A DNA stretch of 64,000 nt, taken from positions 50,351,844-50,415,843 of the forward strand of contig OZ024752.1 of NCBI GenBank assembly GCA_964016885.1, in the 5' to 3' direction. Below the pieces are notes generated by a model. That model worked only from the letters and a program-made list of their open reading frames with translations. It ran no database searches and was not told the DNA's origin. Below are positions 1-12,589 of the stretch, piece by piece (the first letter of the stretch is position 1; each line of letters starts with the position of its first letter). The stretch comes from Eledone cirrhosa. Taxonomy: Eukaryota. A program made the translations under genes and the position numbers.

Positions 1-150
1 TCTTCCCCTTTCTCTGAGAATTCATTTAATTGTCTTACTAAATTGTTTAAAAGAAAATATAAATTTTTTTTTTTTTTATATGTAAAAATGCTTGTTTTAT
101 GAGTCTATGTGATAAACACCCTAAACACACACAGAATTAACCCGTTAGCA

Positions 151-675
151 TTTACATTACTCTATATATACTATTGTATTTTCATGGTAAAGCTTTTACC
201 TCACATAATATCTCACATAACATTTACATTACTCTATATATACTATTGTATTTTCATGGTAAAGGCTTTACCTCACATAATATCTCACATAACATTTACA
301 TTACTCTATATTTACTATTGTATTTTCATGGTAAAGGCTTTACCTCACATAATATCTCACATAACATTTACATTACTCTATATTTACTATTGTATTTTCA
401 TGGTAAAGGCTTTACCTCACATAATATCTCACATAACATTTACATTACTCTATAAATACTATTTTATTTTCATGGTAAAGCCTTTACCTCACATAATATC
501 TCACATAACATTTACATTACTCTATAAATACTATTGTATTTTCATGGTAAAGCCTTTACCTCACATAATATCTCACATAACATTTACATTACTCTATATA
601 TACTATTGTATTTTCATGGTAAAGCCTTTACCTCACATAATATCTCACATAATATTTACATTACTCTATATATAC
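151..675. repeat. 72-bp minisatellite, 7 full copies plus a partial
   Basis: Unit tttacattactctatatatactattgtattttcatggtaaaggctttacctcacataatatctcacataaca recurs at 151, 223, 295 and so on. It explains ORF 109-708. Confidence 0.95.
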
Positions 676-782
676 TTCCTTGGTGTTAGGAAGGGCATCC
701 AGCTGTAGAAATCAAGCCAGAATCAGTTCCCGTCCCACCCTTGCAAGCAGGGAAAAGCGGACGTAAAAATGATGATGATGAT
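676..782 (+). mobile_element. 5'-truncated SINE-B with RTE tail
   Basis: Matches the 3' part of 55523-55865 and ends in (GAT)n. Confidence 0.85.
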
Positions 783-921
783 ACAATTGTATTTTCATGG
801 TAAAGACTTTATCTCACATAACATTTACATTACTCTATATATACTATTGTATTTTCACGGTAAAGGTTTTATCTCCTATAATTATCTCATATAATATCAA
901 ATTTATGAGATTTTGATATTA

Positions 922-1074
922 CTGTATTTTTCCGCTGTCGAAGACGCTACTTTTTTCTTAAAATAAGTCTCAAAAATCTACCATTCATCCTGGAGACCGA
1001 AGGCTCTTTATTATTTTTTTTCAAATTTTTGGTGCGTCCTCGAGGACAAGCGTCTTCGGCGCCGGGAATTACAG
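922..1074. mobile_element. Tc2/pogo-like MITE-C
   Basis: TA|CTGTATTTTTCCGCTGTCGAAGACGCT...AGCGTCTTCGGCGCCGGGAATTACAG|TA. The TA duplication is confirmed by the single TA at the empty site in MITE-A 50389-50608. Confidence 0.85.
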
Positions 1075-1465
1075 TATTTATCTCAGGAACAATACCTTAA
1101 CCTCAGTATGAGTGGCCGATTATGGCTGGTTTGAACAGAAAGAAGTGAGAGAATTTTGGCTGGATACAGCTTCAAAGAAGGTACTTAGATTGTAAATTCT
1201 GAAGAAGCTTAAAATCAAACTCTCATAATTTATTAATTACAATAATATTTAAAGATTTTTAATCTTTTCAAAGCTATAAACGTCCCAAAATTTACATTTA
1301 CAAAGATCTTGATGATATCAGGTACTTTCAATATAGGAAAAAAATAATAAGAGAACAAAAAAAGTCAAGAAAAAAATAAACTTAATTTCTTTTTAAACCA
1401 TTTCAAAATGTCGCTCAACCGACGTAGAATAAGAACTAGTGGACTTGAATATACATTCTAAACAA

Positions 1466-1616
1466 AGTAGTAGTAGTAGTGGTGGTGGTGGTGGTAGTCA
1501 TCGTCGTCGTCGTCGTGGTAGTAGTAGACGTGGTGGTGATGGTAGTAGTAGTAGTGGTGGTGGTGGTGGTGGTAGTAGTAATAGTAGACATGGTGGTAGT
1601 AGTAGTAATAGTAGAC

Positions 1617-1649
<33 letters not shown>

Positions 1650-1650
1650 A
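1466..1650. repeat. (GTA)/(GTG)/(GTC) trinucleotide tract
   Basis: Direct reading. Confidence 0.95.
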
Positions 1651-2015
1651 TAAACAAACAAATAGCAACTACTGATCCCGCTTATGTACATTGCATATTT
1701 TAATCCTTTCAATTTGATGGAAAAATTTGATAAATCTATCAAATTAAATGAGCGAAGGAAAGAAAGTTTTAAAAAATATGAATTAAAATTAACAAACTGT
1801 CAAACTTGCTTTATTTGTAATGATGGACACTATCAAACGAAGATAATTAAGTGATATTCAAAACAAGTTATCATTACTTCTTATCACCAATGAAATGGAG
1901 AGTTACATTTCATGATAAATTTCTAAATATTTCTGTTGCCATATCATCTATATTAAGATATTTGATACTGTAGAGACAAATGTCCCAACCTCCAAAAAAC
2001 TTTCCACACCATTAA

Positions 2016-2550
2016 CCCTTTAGCATTTAAACCGGCTGTGTCCAGCCAGAATTCTCTCACCTCTTTATGTTCAAACCAGCCATAACTGGCTGCTCAACTG
2101 ATGTTACTATGAAAATACAATAGTATATATACAGTAATGTAAATGATAAAGGGTTAAACTGGCCCTATCCAGCCAGAATTCTCTCACCTTTTTCTGTTCA
2201 AACCGGCCGTAACTGGCTGCTCATACTGACGTTAAGGTATTGTTCTCAAAATAAATAATATCACAATCTCATAGATTCAATAATTGTTTCTACGTTAGGC
2301 ACAAGGCCAGCAATTACCTCAGTGCATTACTGGTACTTTATTTTATCGACCCCGTAAGGATGAAAGGCAAAGTTAACCTCGGCGGGATTCGAACTCACAA
2401 TGGCAAGGGCCGTAACTCTATACGGCAAAGCATGGCGTCCGACCCTCTCCCAATACTGCCAATCCACCGCAATGTGAGATAATTATGTAAGATAAAGCCT
2501 TTACCATGAAAATACAATAGTAAATATAGAGTAATGTGAATGCTAAATGG
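2016..2550. mobile_element. Two adjacent MITE-A copies (2016-2153 internally deleted; 2158-2550 interrupted by SINE-A)
   Basis: TTAA|CCCTTTAGCATTTA...AAAGGG|TTAA, followed by a second copy ending TGCTAAATGG|TTAA. Confidence 0.8.
2281..2470 (-). mobile_element. SINE-A (tRNA-derived)
   Basis: Reverse complement has an A-box-like TGGCAGTATTGG, B-box GTTCGAATCC, core gcctttcatccttacggggtcgataaaataaagtacc and an (ATT)n tail. Confidence 0.9.
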
Positions 2551-2576
2551 TTAAGCAAATTTTCAAACACTTCAGT

Positions 2577-2643
2577 TGACCCCTCTCAACACTTGACCCT
2601 CTCAACACTTGACCCCTCTCAACACTTGACCCCTCTCAACACT
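2577..2643. repeat. 17-bp tandem repeat, about 4 copies
   Basis: Unit tgacccctctcaacact. Confidence 0.85.
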
Positions 2644-3349
2644 AACACACCAGCTAATAGAAGAGAATGCAAAGAAATATTTAAGTTCTGTTCACACACC
2701 TTTTCTTTCTCATCTATAAAAACAAAAAACCAAACATTAAAGCTGCTCTCCCTGTTTTCAATCTGTTATTGAAACAATTATGAACAGTTTTGATCTATAT
2801 GGCTTCTTCTCCAATTACATATAGCAATAACATAAGTTAACTGATATAAAATTGATATAAAATTACAGTATAGGGATTGGAATAGTATTTCAAAGCATCT
2901 AAATTAAGAAGTAATTATAATTCAGACAATGTGTGTGTGTGTGTGTGTGTGTGCATGTATGTGCGTGTGTGTGTATATCATGACTCATACACCGTTCACT
3001 TTCCTGACTTTTGTACATTATTCTATGTACTATACATGCACCTTTGATGAGTTGTAGTGCACCTGAGCACTGTACACAATAATTTTCATTAGTAAAACAA
3101 AGAAATCATTATCATTAAAAACCATGGTTACTATATATATATATAACAATTACTGTTGACAATTAGAGAAAGCACCAAACAGAATATTAATTAATTAGGA
3201 AATTTTGTTTATATAAGATTCTCTTTAACTTGGTTTTTTTATCATGAATTTTCCATCTTCACTGAGTCACTAAATTCAGTTTACGTATAAACAATTGTTA
3301 TTGTCTGAAGCATTTCAAATTGAAATTTGACTTGAAGATGTGAAACAAG

Positions 3350-4074
<725 letters not shown>

Positions 4075-5571
4075 CTTGTATAAGATAGAGGTGACTGGAA
4101 TAGACAAGAGATCAACAGATTTTTTGTTGGTGACATCTCACGACCCTAGAGGAGGTTCAACAGCTAAATTATTAAAACTAGCAGAAAAACCTTCTGGTGG
4201 TTTCCTGCTGGCATGTGTAGTGTGTATATTGATATTATACGCAAGTATATATGTTTGTAGATATGATATGTCTAATAAAATGGTAATTGACAATATACAC
4301 AGAAATTGAACCAAGACTGCGTTACACTGTCTTCTGTAATCAGTAAAGTAATCCATGATACATTAAAAAAAGACATTATTATATATAAACTGCATTAGAA
4401 GAAAATTAGTGATGGAAATATATGAATGTTTATTTAAGCGATCGCTAACCGGAAGTGTTGACATTTGAAAATTTTAAAGAAGTGAATCTTAAAATAAGCA
4501 ACAAAATTTAGTCCCGCAGTCCTGCACTCCTTACTGTATTATAGGTTAGATAAGTCAGTCTCATCTCTGGAAAATATACATCTAGTTCTAGAAACATACC
4601 AAATATTCTTCTGTAGAATCAATTACTATTACAAAACTCCATAGAAAACAACAAAACTTTTATGTTGTTAGATTTAAATTCAATTCAACCAAAATTCTTC
4701 TAAGAAGTTATGATTATACAATGGATTGTCTTGTAAGCTTCTTTAAAAATTGTAGTTCAATTTCAATCAAGTTACATTTAAGAATCATATTGATTTAAGA
4801 CTCCAGATATCCTAAGAAACTATATTTAAACAATAATAAATAGCTCATATTATTTTTTAATATCAGGATGATGGTGATGATTGTTCTAATTTAACATGTC
4901 TATAGAAAATATTACATCATTTAATTATAAATGACAGGAAAATAAATGCAATGAGAAACTACAAAGATAGGCAGTTTCCAATAATTTATTCAACACCAAT
5001 GGTAGCCTTGCACATCTAAGCATTCTTCATTTATCTGAATTTCAATATTGTCTAAAATTAATTAATTAGTTCTAATTTAATTTAGCTGGGAACAAAAAAG
5101 ACCAGTTTATCACTATGTCTTCTTTTTCTCAGTCCTATTGATGACTAAGGAAGGTTGTTTCAACAGAAAAGTAGGAAAGATAGAAAGAGACCAATAAGTG
5201 GAGTGGACTTCCAGTGTCTTGATGTAGTAATTCTAATTCACGGGACTTTTTTTTTCCTATAAATGATGATAAAATGCTTCCTTAAAAACAGAAAAAAAAA
5301 GCATACAAAATATATCTTAGATCTAGTGCTGTTTGACACGGTAATGGTTGCCTGGCCAGTCAAGTTGATTGACCTAATACAATTGGAAAGACTGGGAATT
5401 ATATAATGGATGAGCTGTGTCAAACAAAGTGCATGTTTAGGAAAGCTAAGAGCATGCTTTGAAAATCACACTTAGGCATTTAATCCTGCCAATATTGGTC
5501 TCTGTAAAGACAGTATTATTTGTTCAAACTATTCATACCTGGCTTTGTTGACATATCATTAGCTTTAATAG

Positions 5572-5662
5572 CAGAGTAACCTTACAGAGTAACCTTACAG
5601 AGTAACCTTACAGAGTAACCTTACAGAGTAACCTTACAGAGTAACCTTACAAAGTAACCTAC
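5572..5662. repeat. 13-bp tandem repeat, about 7 copies
   Basis: Unit cagagtaacctta. Confidence 0.9.
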
Positions 5663-6076
5663 CTTGCCCCCCCCCCCCCCCCCCCCCCCCCAATCACAAG
5701 AGCAATCACTGTGGAGGTTTCTTAGTTTTTTTATTGCTTTTTTTTTGTGGGAGGGGTCCTTTTTTTTTTTCCATGTCAACAAATTTTTCTATGAATACAT
5801 CAACAGGTTTACATTGACATAAGAGCTAAAGTTTGAAAGATAACACGTGGCAGGCTTAGATATATTGATAGGATCGTGAAATTAAGCAGACAAATGAGTA
5901 ATAATAATGAAGTGAAATCAAAACAAATAGGTGGAATAAAAAAGCATGTAGAGCTCTAGAAGTGAAATTAACAAATTCAGCCAAACAGAAGATTAATCTT
6001 TCATGGTCCAGACTGACTCATTTAACAAATTTTGCATAGAAAAAGTAGATAGAAAAGGTGATTATTATAATAAATA

Positions 6077-6452
6077 AGGGCGGTGAATTGGCAGTATCGG
6101 TAGAGAGTCGGACGCCATGCTTTCCAGCATAGAGTTACGTCCCTTTACGATCTGAGTTCAAATCTCGTCGAGGTTAACTTTGCCTTTCATCCTTACCGGG
6201 TCGATAAAATAAAGTACCAGTAATGCACTGAGTAATTGCTGGCCTTGTGCCAAAAATAGAAACAATTATAATAAATGATGGTGATTATTATAATAAATAA
6301 GGGTGGTGGTTTGGCAGTAACGGTAGAGCACTAGACACCATGCTTAGTAGCATAGCGTTATGGCCCTTTGCGGTCTGAGATCAAATCCCACCAAGGTTAC
6401 CTTTGCCTTTCATCCTTACGGGGTCAATAAAATAAAGTACCAGTAATGTACT
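6077..6452 (+). mobile_element. Two head-to-tail SINE-A copies (6077-6270 full; 6300-6452 3'-truncated)
   Basis: Both match the SINE-A consensus and both are preceded by ggtgattattataataaataag. Confidence 0.9.
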
Positions 6453-6591
6453 ACAAAATATACTAATATAAATGAGTCAAATAATAGTAGAAATACAACC
6501 CCCTGTACCAGAAAAAACTAAACCAAAATGTTCTTACATTCCTCTAACGTGGTAGATATTCAGATCTAAATATCAAAAATTGATAAGTTAA

Positions 6592-6803
6592 GGTTCCATG
6601 TGTCCTGTTTAGAATAAGTACACTGTATCCTAGCATGTTTTAAGAGGTAAATAAAAGGGTTGGTGCGAAGAACGGCATCTGGTCATAAAACATAGCTTCA
6701 AACAGAACCCCCAAGATATATATGAAGCCTTCATAGAACCCACAAAACTTATCTCAGCTTTAGCAGGGGGAAATGGCTTTAAAATACTTGCTGTTGCTGT
6801 TGC
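6592..6803 (+). mobile_element. Old SINE-like repeat
   Basis: Similar to the reverse complement of 20122-20290 and to fragments near 23040-23170 and 28935-29015. Confidence 0.55.
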
Positions 6804-7399
6804 ATAAGTTGTTAGCCTTTGTCTTTTTACTATATACCAACTCTTCTCATTAACTTAATTCCATTTGATTTAAATGAGAAAATCTCATCTCCTGGCCAAA
6901 ATTACTGCCACAATTTACTGTCACAAAATTACATATATCAACAGATAAAGAAAAATAACTTTCTAATGATGCATAACATGTAGCCAATATGATGTAATCC
7001 ATGAGTCATGTCTGAAAGCATTTGAGGACAAAAGGAGCTCATTCAGAAGATCAATTCATTGAAAAATATCAGGTGTTTTAAATCTCATTATGGATTTAAA
7101 TCATGTAGCTCATCAGCAATATAAAACTTGTCTTAATGAGAAAAATCTTAATACATTTCACAGTGAAATACATAAATCCTATAAAACTGTCAAGAAGTGT
7201 ATTAATGGTTATAGGATAAAACTGTGTAAGAAGTCTGAGAAGGGCTAAAGATATTATGACAGTATGAGTTATCACAGAGATGATAGGAGATATTCAAAAA
7301 ATTACTGTTCCTTTCAAAATCTGTTTCATCAACAGATCAAAAGAGAAGTTTAAGCGAAAACAATATCACAGCTCATCATTATTTTTAAATATTTCAACT

Positions 7400-7585
7400 T
7401 CTTTTCCTTCTTCACCCACTTATTCCTGGGAGGGTCCTGCCAGAAGTAACTATCTCCAATTGATCCGGCTGGATCCCCAGCTGAACTCATGGATGTTATC
7501 CCATCATCTTGCTCATGGTCTATCTCGGAGTCTCCTGTCAATTGGTTTTGCTTGTAAAATCTGTCCAGTCGTTCTTTCCTGAGAG
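7400..7585 (-). mobile_element. Old RTE-clade LINE 3' fragment
   Basis: Reverse complement resembles 31518-31800 (RP.GRP..RW-type C-terminus). Confidence 0.65.
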
Positions 7586-8092
7586 ATATTTTATTTTGTT
7601 TATATTTTATGATTTTACGAATTTCTTAAACTATTACAAGATATTAAAAATATTAAACTTTTATTGAAAAATGTACAAGTATGAGTTTCTTCAACAGTAA
7701 GAATCTTCATCATCTTAAACACCTACAAACAGTACTCAATAAAGATAAAACCACAAAAACAGCTTCAGCATTTGGTAATCAAAAGAAAGGAGGTAGGTGT
7801 AAAAGTCAAACTTGCTGTCTTGTATTTGTCTCGGTATTTGTGCCAACCCTTACCTATGGTCATGAATCTAAACTGGTACTTTATTAATCAACCTTAAAAT
7901 CGACCTCAATGGGATTTGAAATCAGAGAGTAGGATGCCGAAATAAATACCTCAAAGCATTCTTTTTGATATTCTAATGACTTTGCCAATTCTTTACCTAA
8001 ATATTATTTAGCTTACCCCAAATATAGTTAAATAACTAGTAAATATAATTTCCTAGTGGATATTCCCATTTATCAAAGTTTTGATTTTTGAA

Positions 8093-8536
8093 CCCTTTTT
8101 ATACAAGCTGCCTGAAATCACCCCTGGTTTTATGATACAAAATTGTTTCAAAATGTTTATAGTTTATCTAAAAACTCTCAAATAATTTTATCTAAGAAAC
8201 TTTGTTGGGTTTCAAACACCAACTTAACACTTTAGCAATTGCATTACTCTATATTTACTTTTGTATTTTCATGGTAAAGGCTTTACCTCAGATAATATCG
8301 AATCTACAAGATTTTAATATTTATTTTGAGAACAATACCATAACATCAGTATGAGTGGCCGGTTTGAACAGAAAGAGATGAGAGAGTTCTGCCCGGATGT
8401 GGCTAGTTTAAATGTTAAAGGGTTAAAGATAGAAAATTTAATTATATTACTAAATCCCTACAAATTCTTGATTATTTACAAAATTAAGCAAAAATCATTG
8501 GAAGTGTATTTCATTTGAAATATGGCAATGAAAGGA
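8093..8536. mobile_element. piggyBac-like MITE-B containing MITE-A (8228-8422) at a TTAA
   Basis: CCCTTT...GAAAGGA|TTAA ends; the inner element is flanked by TTAA at 8224 and 8423. Confidence 0.75.
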
Positions 8537-8669
8537 TTAATGTTTAAAAATATTGTCTGTTCAACTATTTTTATTATTTGTTTATTTTTTAGTTAAACCA
8601 AATCATGATTATTAAAAATAAAGTAGACATTTTTATGTGAGAAAGTATCTATGATGTCAGAAGTCAATT

Positions 8670-8834
8670 ATGATGTCAGATGTCATTGATGATGTTTATG
8701 AAAATTTGCAGAAGACATTTTAGGGCTTTTTTGCCCAGAAAAACTGGAATAATGGACAAATAACAAGCCTGTTCGAGGGGGTTAAATTTCCAATAGAACC
8801 ACAAATAATATTACTGGCTCCTTATACTAAATAA
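8670..8834 (+). pseudogene. Short upstream ORF with one internal stop
   Basis: Reads MMSDVIDDVYENLQKTF*GFFAQKNWNNGQITSLFEGVKFPIEPQIILLAPYTK* and ends 10 nt before the ATG at 8845. Confidence 0.3.
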
Positions 8835-8844
8835 TACTAAAAAG

Positions 8845-9444
8845 ATGGCACTTAAAGATGAAATATGGTGTCAGAAAATGACAACAGCCATCTATACCTT
8901 AATTTCAAAACCAGTTAATATTGAACAAAATAATTCCAGCACAAAAACAATAGGCCGTGCTTATACATTGCCATTGTATGATGATGATGATGATGATGAT
9001 GATGAACCTTTTTCTTACAACAATGCCCCATCCACCCATACGTGTGAAGAAGAGACTGTTACAATAAAGAAAAAAGGTGAAGGTAAGCAAAAAAAAAAGA
9101 ATATGAAATTAAAAACCCAAATATTCAAATTTACAGTTGTGAGAATCTCCAAGGGTGGTTTACTGACTATGTTGTATAATTTGGAAGAAATAAACCCACC
9201 TAATATGTGGATAGGCAAAGAAATGGGTGACTTGTACCAACAGCCCCTAGGGGACAGGCTATTAATTTTTGCATCACAGAACATATATGAAAGGTTAAAA
9301 TACTTTTATCCTGAAGATGTGGGGCCATTTATAGATATTCCCAATGAAAATTTGCTTTTTGGTAAATTTGGCGATTCTCGGGAAGATTATCAAAACTATT
9401 GGAAAAATAAATACAAGAATGTAAAGTTAGTCTCATACAAGTAA
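8845..9444 (+). CDS. Intronless orphan ORF, 199 aa, unknown function
   Basis: 600-nt open frame in non-repetitive AT-rich DNA. Start context aaagATGG, protein-like composition (acidic run, Lys-rich patch, globular-looking C-terminal half), AATAAA 33 nt after the stop. No family recognised. Confidence 0.55.
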   Translation: MALKDEIWCQKMTTAIYTLISKPVNIEQNNSSTKTIGRAYTLPLYDDDDDDDDEPFSYNNAPSTHTCEEETVTIKKKGEGKQKKKNMKLKTQIFKFTVVRISKGGLLTMLYNLEEINPPNMWIGKEMGDLYQQPLGDRLLIFASQNIYERLKYFYPEDVGPFIDIPNENLLFGKFGDSREDYQNYWKNKYKNVKLVSYK

Positions 9445-9477
9445 CCTACATTGAAAGTTTTGCCTATTTTACTATGT

Positions 9478-9483
9478 AATAAA
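9478..9483 (+). promoter_or_regulatory. Candidate polyadenylation signal of the 199-aa ORF
   Basis: AATAAA shortly after stop 9444, followed by T/GT-rich sequence. The hexamer is common in such AT-rich DNA. Confidence 0.35.
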
Positions 9484-9716
9484 TATAAATTGATATAAAT
9501 TAATTGCAGTATTTAGTTATGTCATTTTATGCTCCATTTCCTTCTATTCTTCTTGAGTAAAAAAATGTATATGAATAAGTATTAGTCAAACACTGGATTG
9601 ATTTTAATCTCCTGTAACTTCGTCTAATGAGTGTGAACTATGGTAAAAATTGTTGTTTAGTCACTGATCACCTCATTGCAGCCATAACCACCCTACCTAT
9701 ATGTTTTCCCCAGACA

Positions 9717-10372
9717 TAATTGTTTCTACTTTAGGCACAAGGCCAGCAATTACCCAGTGCATTACTGGTGCTTTATTTTATCGACCCCATAAGGATGAAA
9801 GGCAAAGTCAACCTCGGCGGGATTTGAACTCAGATCGTAAAGGGACGTAACTACGCTGGAAAGCATGGCGTCCGACCCTCTACCGATACTGCCAAATGGT
9901 TTCATTTATTTATTGGCGACGTGTAAACAATATAAATAACGATAACAAAATAACAATAAAAATACAATGAAAATTCCCCAATAGGGGGGATGACCACCCA
10001 GAGTTCACTCAGGTACCCCACCAATCCTGAACCACCCAACGCTTCGAGAGCACCCGGGAAGGGCACCCTTCTCCTCCTCAAATTCACCCACCTACAGGTG
10101 CATGATCAGTGTAGGCCCACTCACACAGGCCATTCTCGCCACATTCACCCACCTTTCAGCAAATAATGTTTCTACTTTAGGCACAAGGCCAACAATTACC
10201 CCAGTGCATTACTGGTGCTTTATTTTATCGACCCCATAAGGATGAAAGGGAAAGGTTACCTCGGCGGGAATTGAACTCAGAACATAAAGGGCCATAACTC
10301 TATGCTTTAAAATATGGTGTCTGACACTCTACTGGTGCTGCAAAACCACCACCCTCTACCAATACTGCCAAT
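9717..10372 (-). mobile_element. SINE-A (9717-9896) + Tx1-like LINE 3' end (9897-10160) + SINE-A (10163-10372)
   Basis: The middle part on the minus strand, gaaaggtgggtgaatgtggcgagaatggcc...cctgtag, matches the ORF end and 3' UTR of 24231-25040. Confidence 0.85.
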
Positions 10373-10794
10373 ATCAGTGAGAACAATAAGGATTTCTTTA
10401 TGCCTTTAGGCAAGGAACTTTATACCTGTTGATTCTGTCAACCTAGCTTAAGTTACTAAAAGAAAGTTTCAATGAAGATAACATTTAAATATCTTCAGTT
10501 ATTGATTTATTATCAGAGCAATTCAATCCAACTCCCATCCCCTCTTCCTCTATTAACCACTTCTCTTCACATCACTTTTACATTACCACATATCTCAGAC
10601 ATCCCCGTTCCATCTTGACTATATACTAACTCCAGTTCTCACTCCCAAATACATCGCCTTGGAACAAAGAACAAGGCAACCTCTCTTGTACTTCACATTA
10701 CTTTTACATTACCACATGTTCCGTACATCCTCGTTCCATCTTAACTACACCCCTACCTACTTCTATTCTCACTTCACTATCTCAACTACAAATA

Positions 10795-10963
10795 CTGTAT
10801 TTCCTGACACCAAAGACACTTTGTCCTCGAGGATGGACTCAAATTTTGACAACCAAAAATTTGAAAAAAATAATAAACAACCTTCGGCTTCCAGGACGCA
10901 TGATAGATTTTTTAAACTTATTTTAGGAAAAAAAAGTAGCGCCTTCGACGCTGGGGAATATGG
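10795..10963. mobile_element. MITE-C copy
   Basis: TA-flanked and in opposite orientation to 922-1074. Confidence 0.8.
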
Positions 10964-11150
10964 TAATTCTTTTTTTAACAATTAAAAAAAATGTGTATTT
11001 TATATATATATATATATATATGCAGAGGTTATATTTAATTTGTTCAACAAGTTTAAACATTTTTATAACTGATATAAAGCACTCAACAAGTTAGTGGAGT
11101 AAATACACAATATATTAATAAATGGAAACTATATTTATAAAACCATATTT

Positions 11151-11214
11151 ATTTTATTATACATATTTCAAGGGCAACCAAGGCAAATTATGGTGCGCTT
11201 TCATCAGATAAAAT
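11151..11214 (-). ncRNA. Type I hammerhead ribozyme motif (inverted copy)
   Basis: Reverse complement of 11387-11450 with 2 stem II differences; stem II is aagcgcacc/ggttgccctt. Confidence 0.7.
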
Positions 11215-11386
11215 ACAGATTTGTTTTATAAATAAATATTGACATACCCAGACACTCATTTGCATACTCACTCATATCTTTATATTACCCTCAATTAATG
11301 TACTATCTCTACTATCCAGGAAGCTCCAACCGTTAAGGTTGTTTTTTTTTCGGGTATGTCAATATTTATTTATAAAACAAATATGT

Positions 11387-11450
11387 ATTTTATCTGATGA
11401 AAGCACACCATAATTTGCCTTGGTTGCCTTTGAAATATGTATAATAAAAT
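11387..11450 (+). ncRNA. Type I hammerhead ribozyme motif
   Basis: attttat-CTGATGA-[stem II]-GAAA-tatgta-TA-ataaaat. Stem I has 7 perfect bp and extends imperfectly to about 25 bp, the core is intact, and stem III is minimal and near-palindromic with an AUA cleavage triplet. Confidence 0.7.
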
Positions 11451-11550
11451 AAATATGGTTTTATAAATATAGTTTCCATTTATTAATATATTGTATATAT
11501 ATATATATATCATCATCCTCATCTTCCGTCCCCTTTTCCCTGCTTATATA

Positions 11551-11891
11551 TCATCATCATCACCGTTTTACGTCTGTTCTTCCATGCTAGCATGGGTTAG
11601 ACGGGTTGTCCTGTTGTGGGCAGTGTCCGGTTGGCTGACCTTGTCTTGCTCATACAGGAACTGATCTGGCTTGATTTCTACAGCTGGATGCCCTTCCTAA
11701 CACCAACCTCATTTACAGTGCGTGCTGGGTGCTTTTTTGCCGTGGCGCCTCCACAAGCACTTTGCAGTGGGGGTGGGGGCATATTGTCTATATGCTTCAG
11801 CTTTGGCTTGTACCCATGGGAGGTCAGGTCTTGTGTATTACTGTGTGACGCCAGAGGTCACGGACATGTGTCATCGCCTTTGAGAGGTGCA

Positions 11892-11933
<42 letters not shown>

Positions 11934-12268
11934 CATCATCATCATCATCAACACCGTTTTACGTCTGTCCTTCCATGCTAGCATGGGTTAGACGGGTTGT
12001 CCTGTTGTGTGCAGTGTCCGGTCGGCTGACCATGCCTTGCTCATACAGGAACTGATCTGGCTTGATTTCTACAGCTGGATGCCCTTCCTAACACCAACCT
12101 CATTTACAGTGAGTGCTGGGTGCTTTTTCGTGGTGCCTACACGTCCACTTTACAGTGTGGGCTGGGTGCTTTTTTGCCGTGGCACCTCCACGACCACCTT
12201 GCAGTGGGGGGTGTGGGGGCATATTGTTTATATGCTTCAGCATGTACCCATGGGAGGTCGGGTACTCT
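11551..12268 (-). mobile_element. Two SINE-C copies (11551-11895, 11932-12268) separated by (TA)n
   Basis: Share the body gttggtgttaggaagggcatccagctgtagaaatcaagccag with SINE-B but end in aacccatgctagcatggaag..agacgtaaaacgg(TGA)n. Confidence 0.8.
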
Positions 12269-12416
12269 GTATATATATATATATATATATAACATATATA
12301 TATATAATATATATATATAATAATATATATATATAATATATATATATAATAATATATATATTATATATTATATATATATATATATATAATATATATATAT
12401 AATAATATATATATTA

Positions 12417-12462
<46 letters not shown>

Positions 12463-12589
12463 CATATATATATATAATATATATATATAATAATATATGT
12501 ATATTATATATATATATATATGAGTATGAAGATATATACTGTAAATGAGGAGGAAGAGCTTAAAACTTCTCTGGGTTTAGAATTTATAG

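Larger units (their letters stand above)
141..1170. mobile_element. piggyBac-like MITE-A, expanded and interrupted
   Basis: Starts TTAA|CCCGTTAGCATTTA. Collinear with the reverse complement of the intact copy at 50389-50608 once the inserts are removed; the far end is missing. Confidence 0.75.
11107..11494. repeat. Long inverted repeat (143-bp arms, about 102-bp spacer), probable Penelope-like/retrozyme remnant
   Basis: 11107-11249 is the reverse complement of 11352-11494 with about 3 mismatches, and each arm carries a hammerhead motif. Confidence 0.9.

Noticed and set aside
109-708. 199-aa ORF
   Set aside because: Translation of a 72-bp MITE-derived tandem repeat.
4076-4309. 77-aa ORF after (GAA)n
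   Set aside because: Non-ATG start, no recognisable domain and no splice signals.
4438-4458. Promoter (ETS motif ACCGGAAGTG with CpGs)
   Set aside because: Single isolated motif with no associated first exon.
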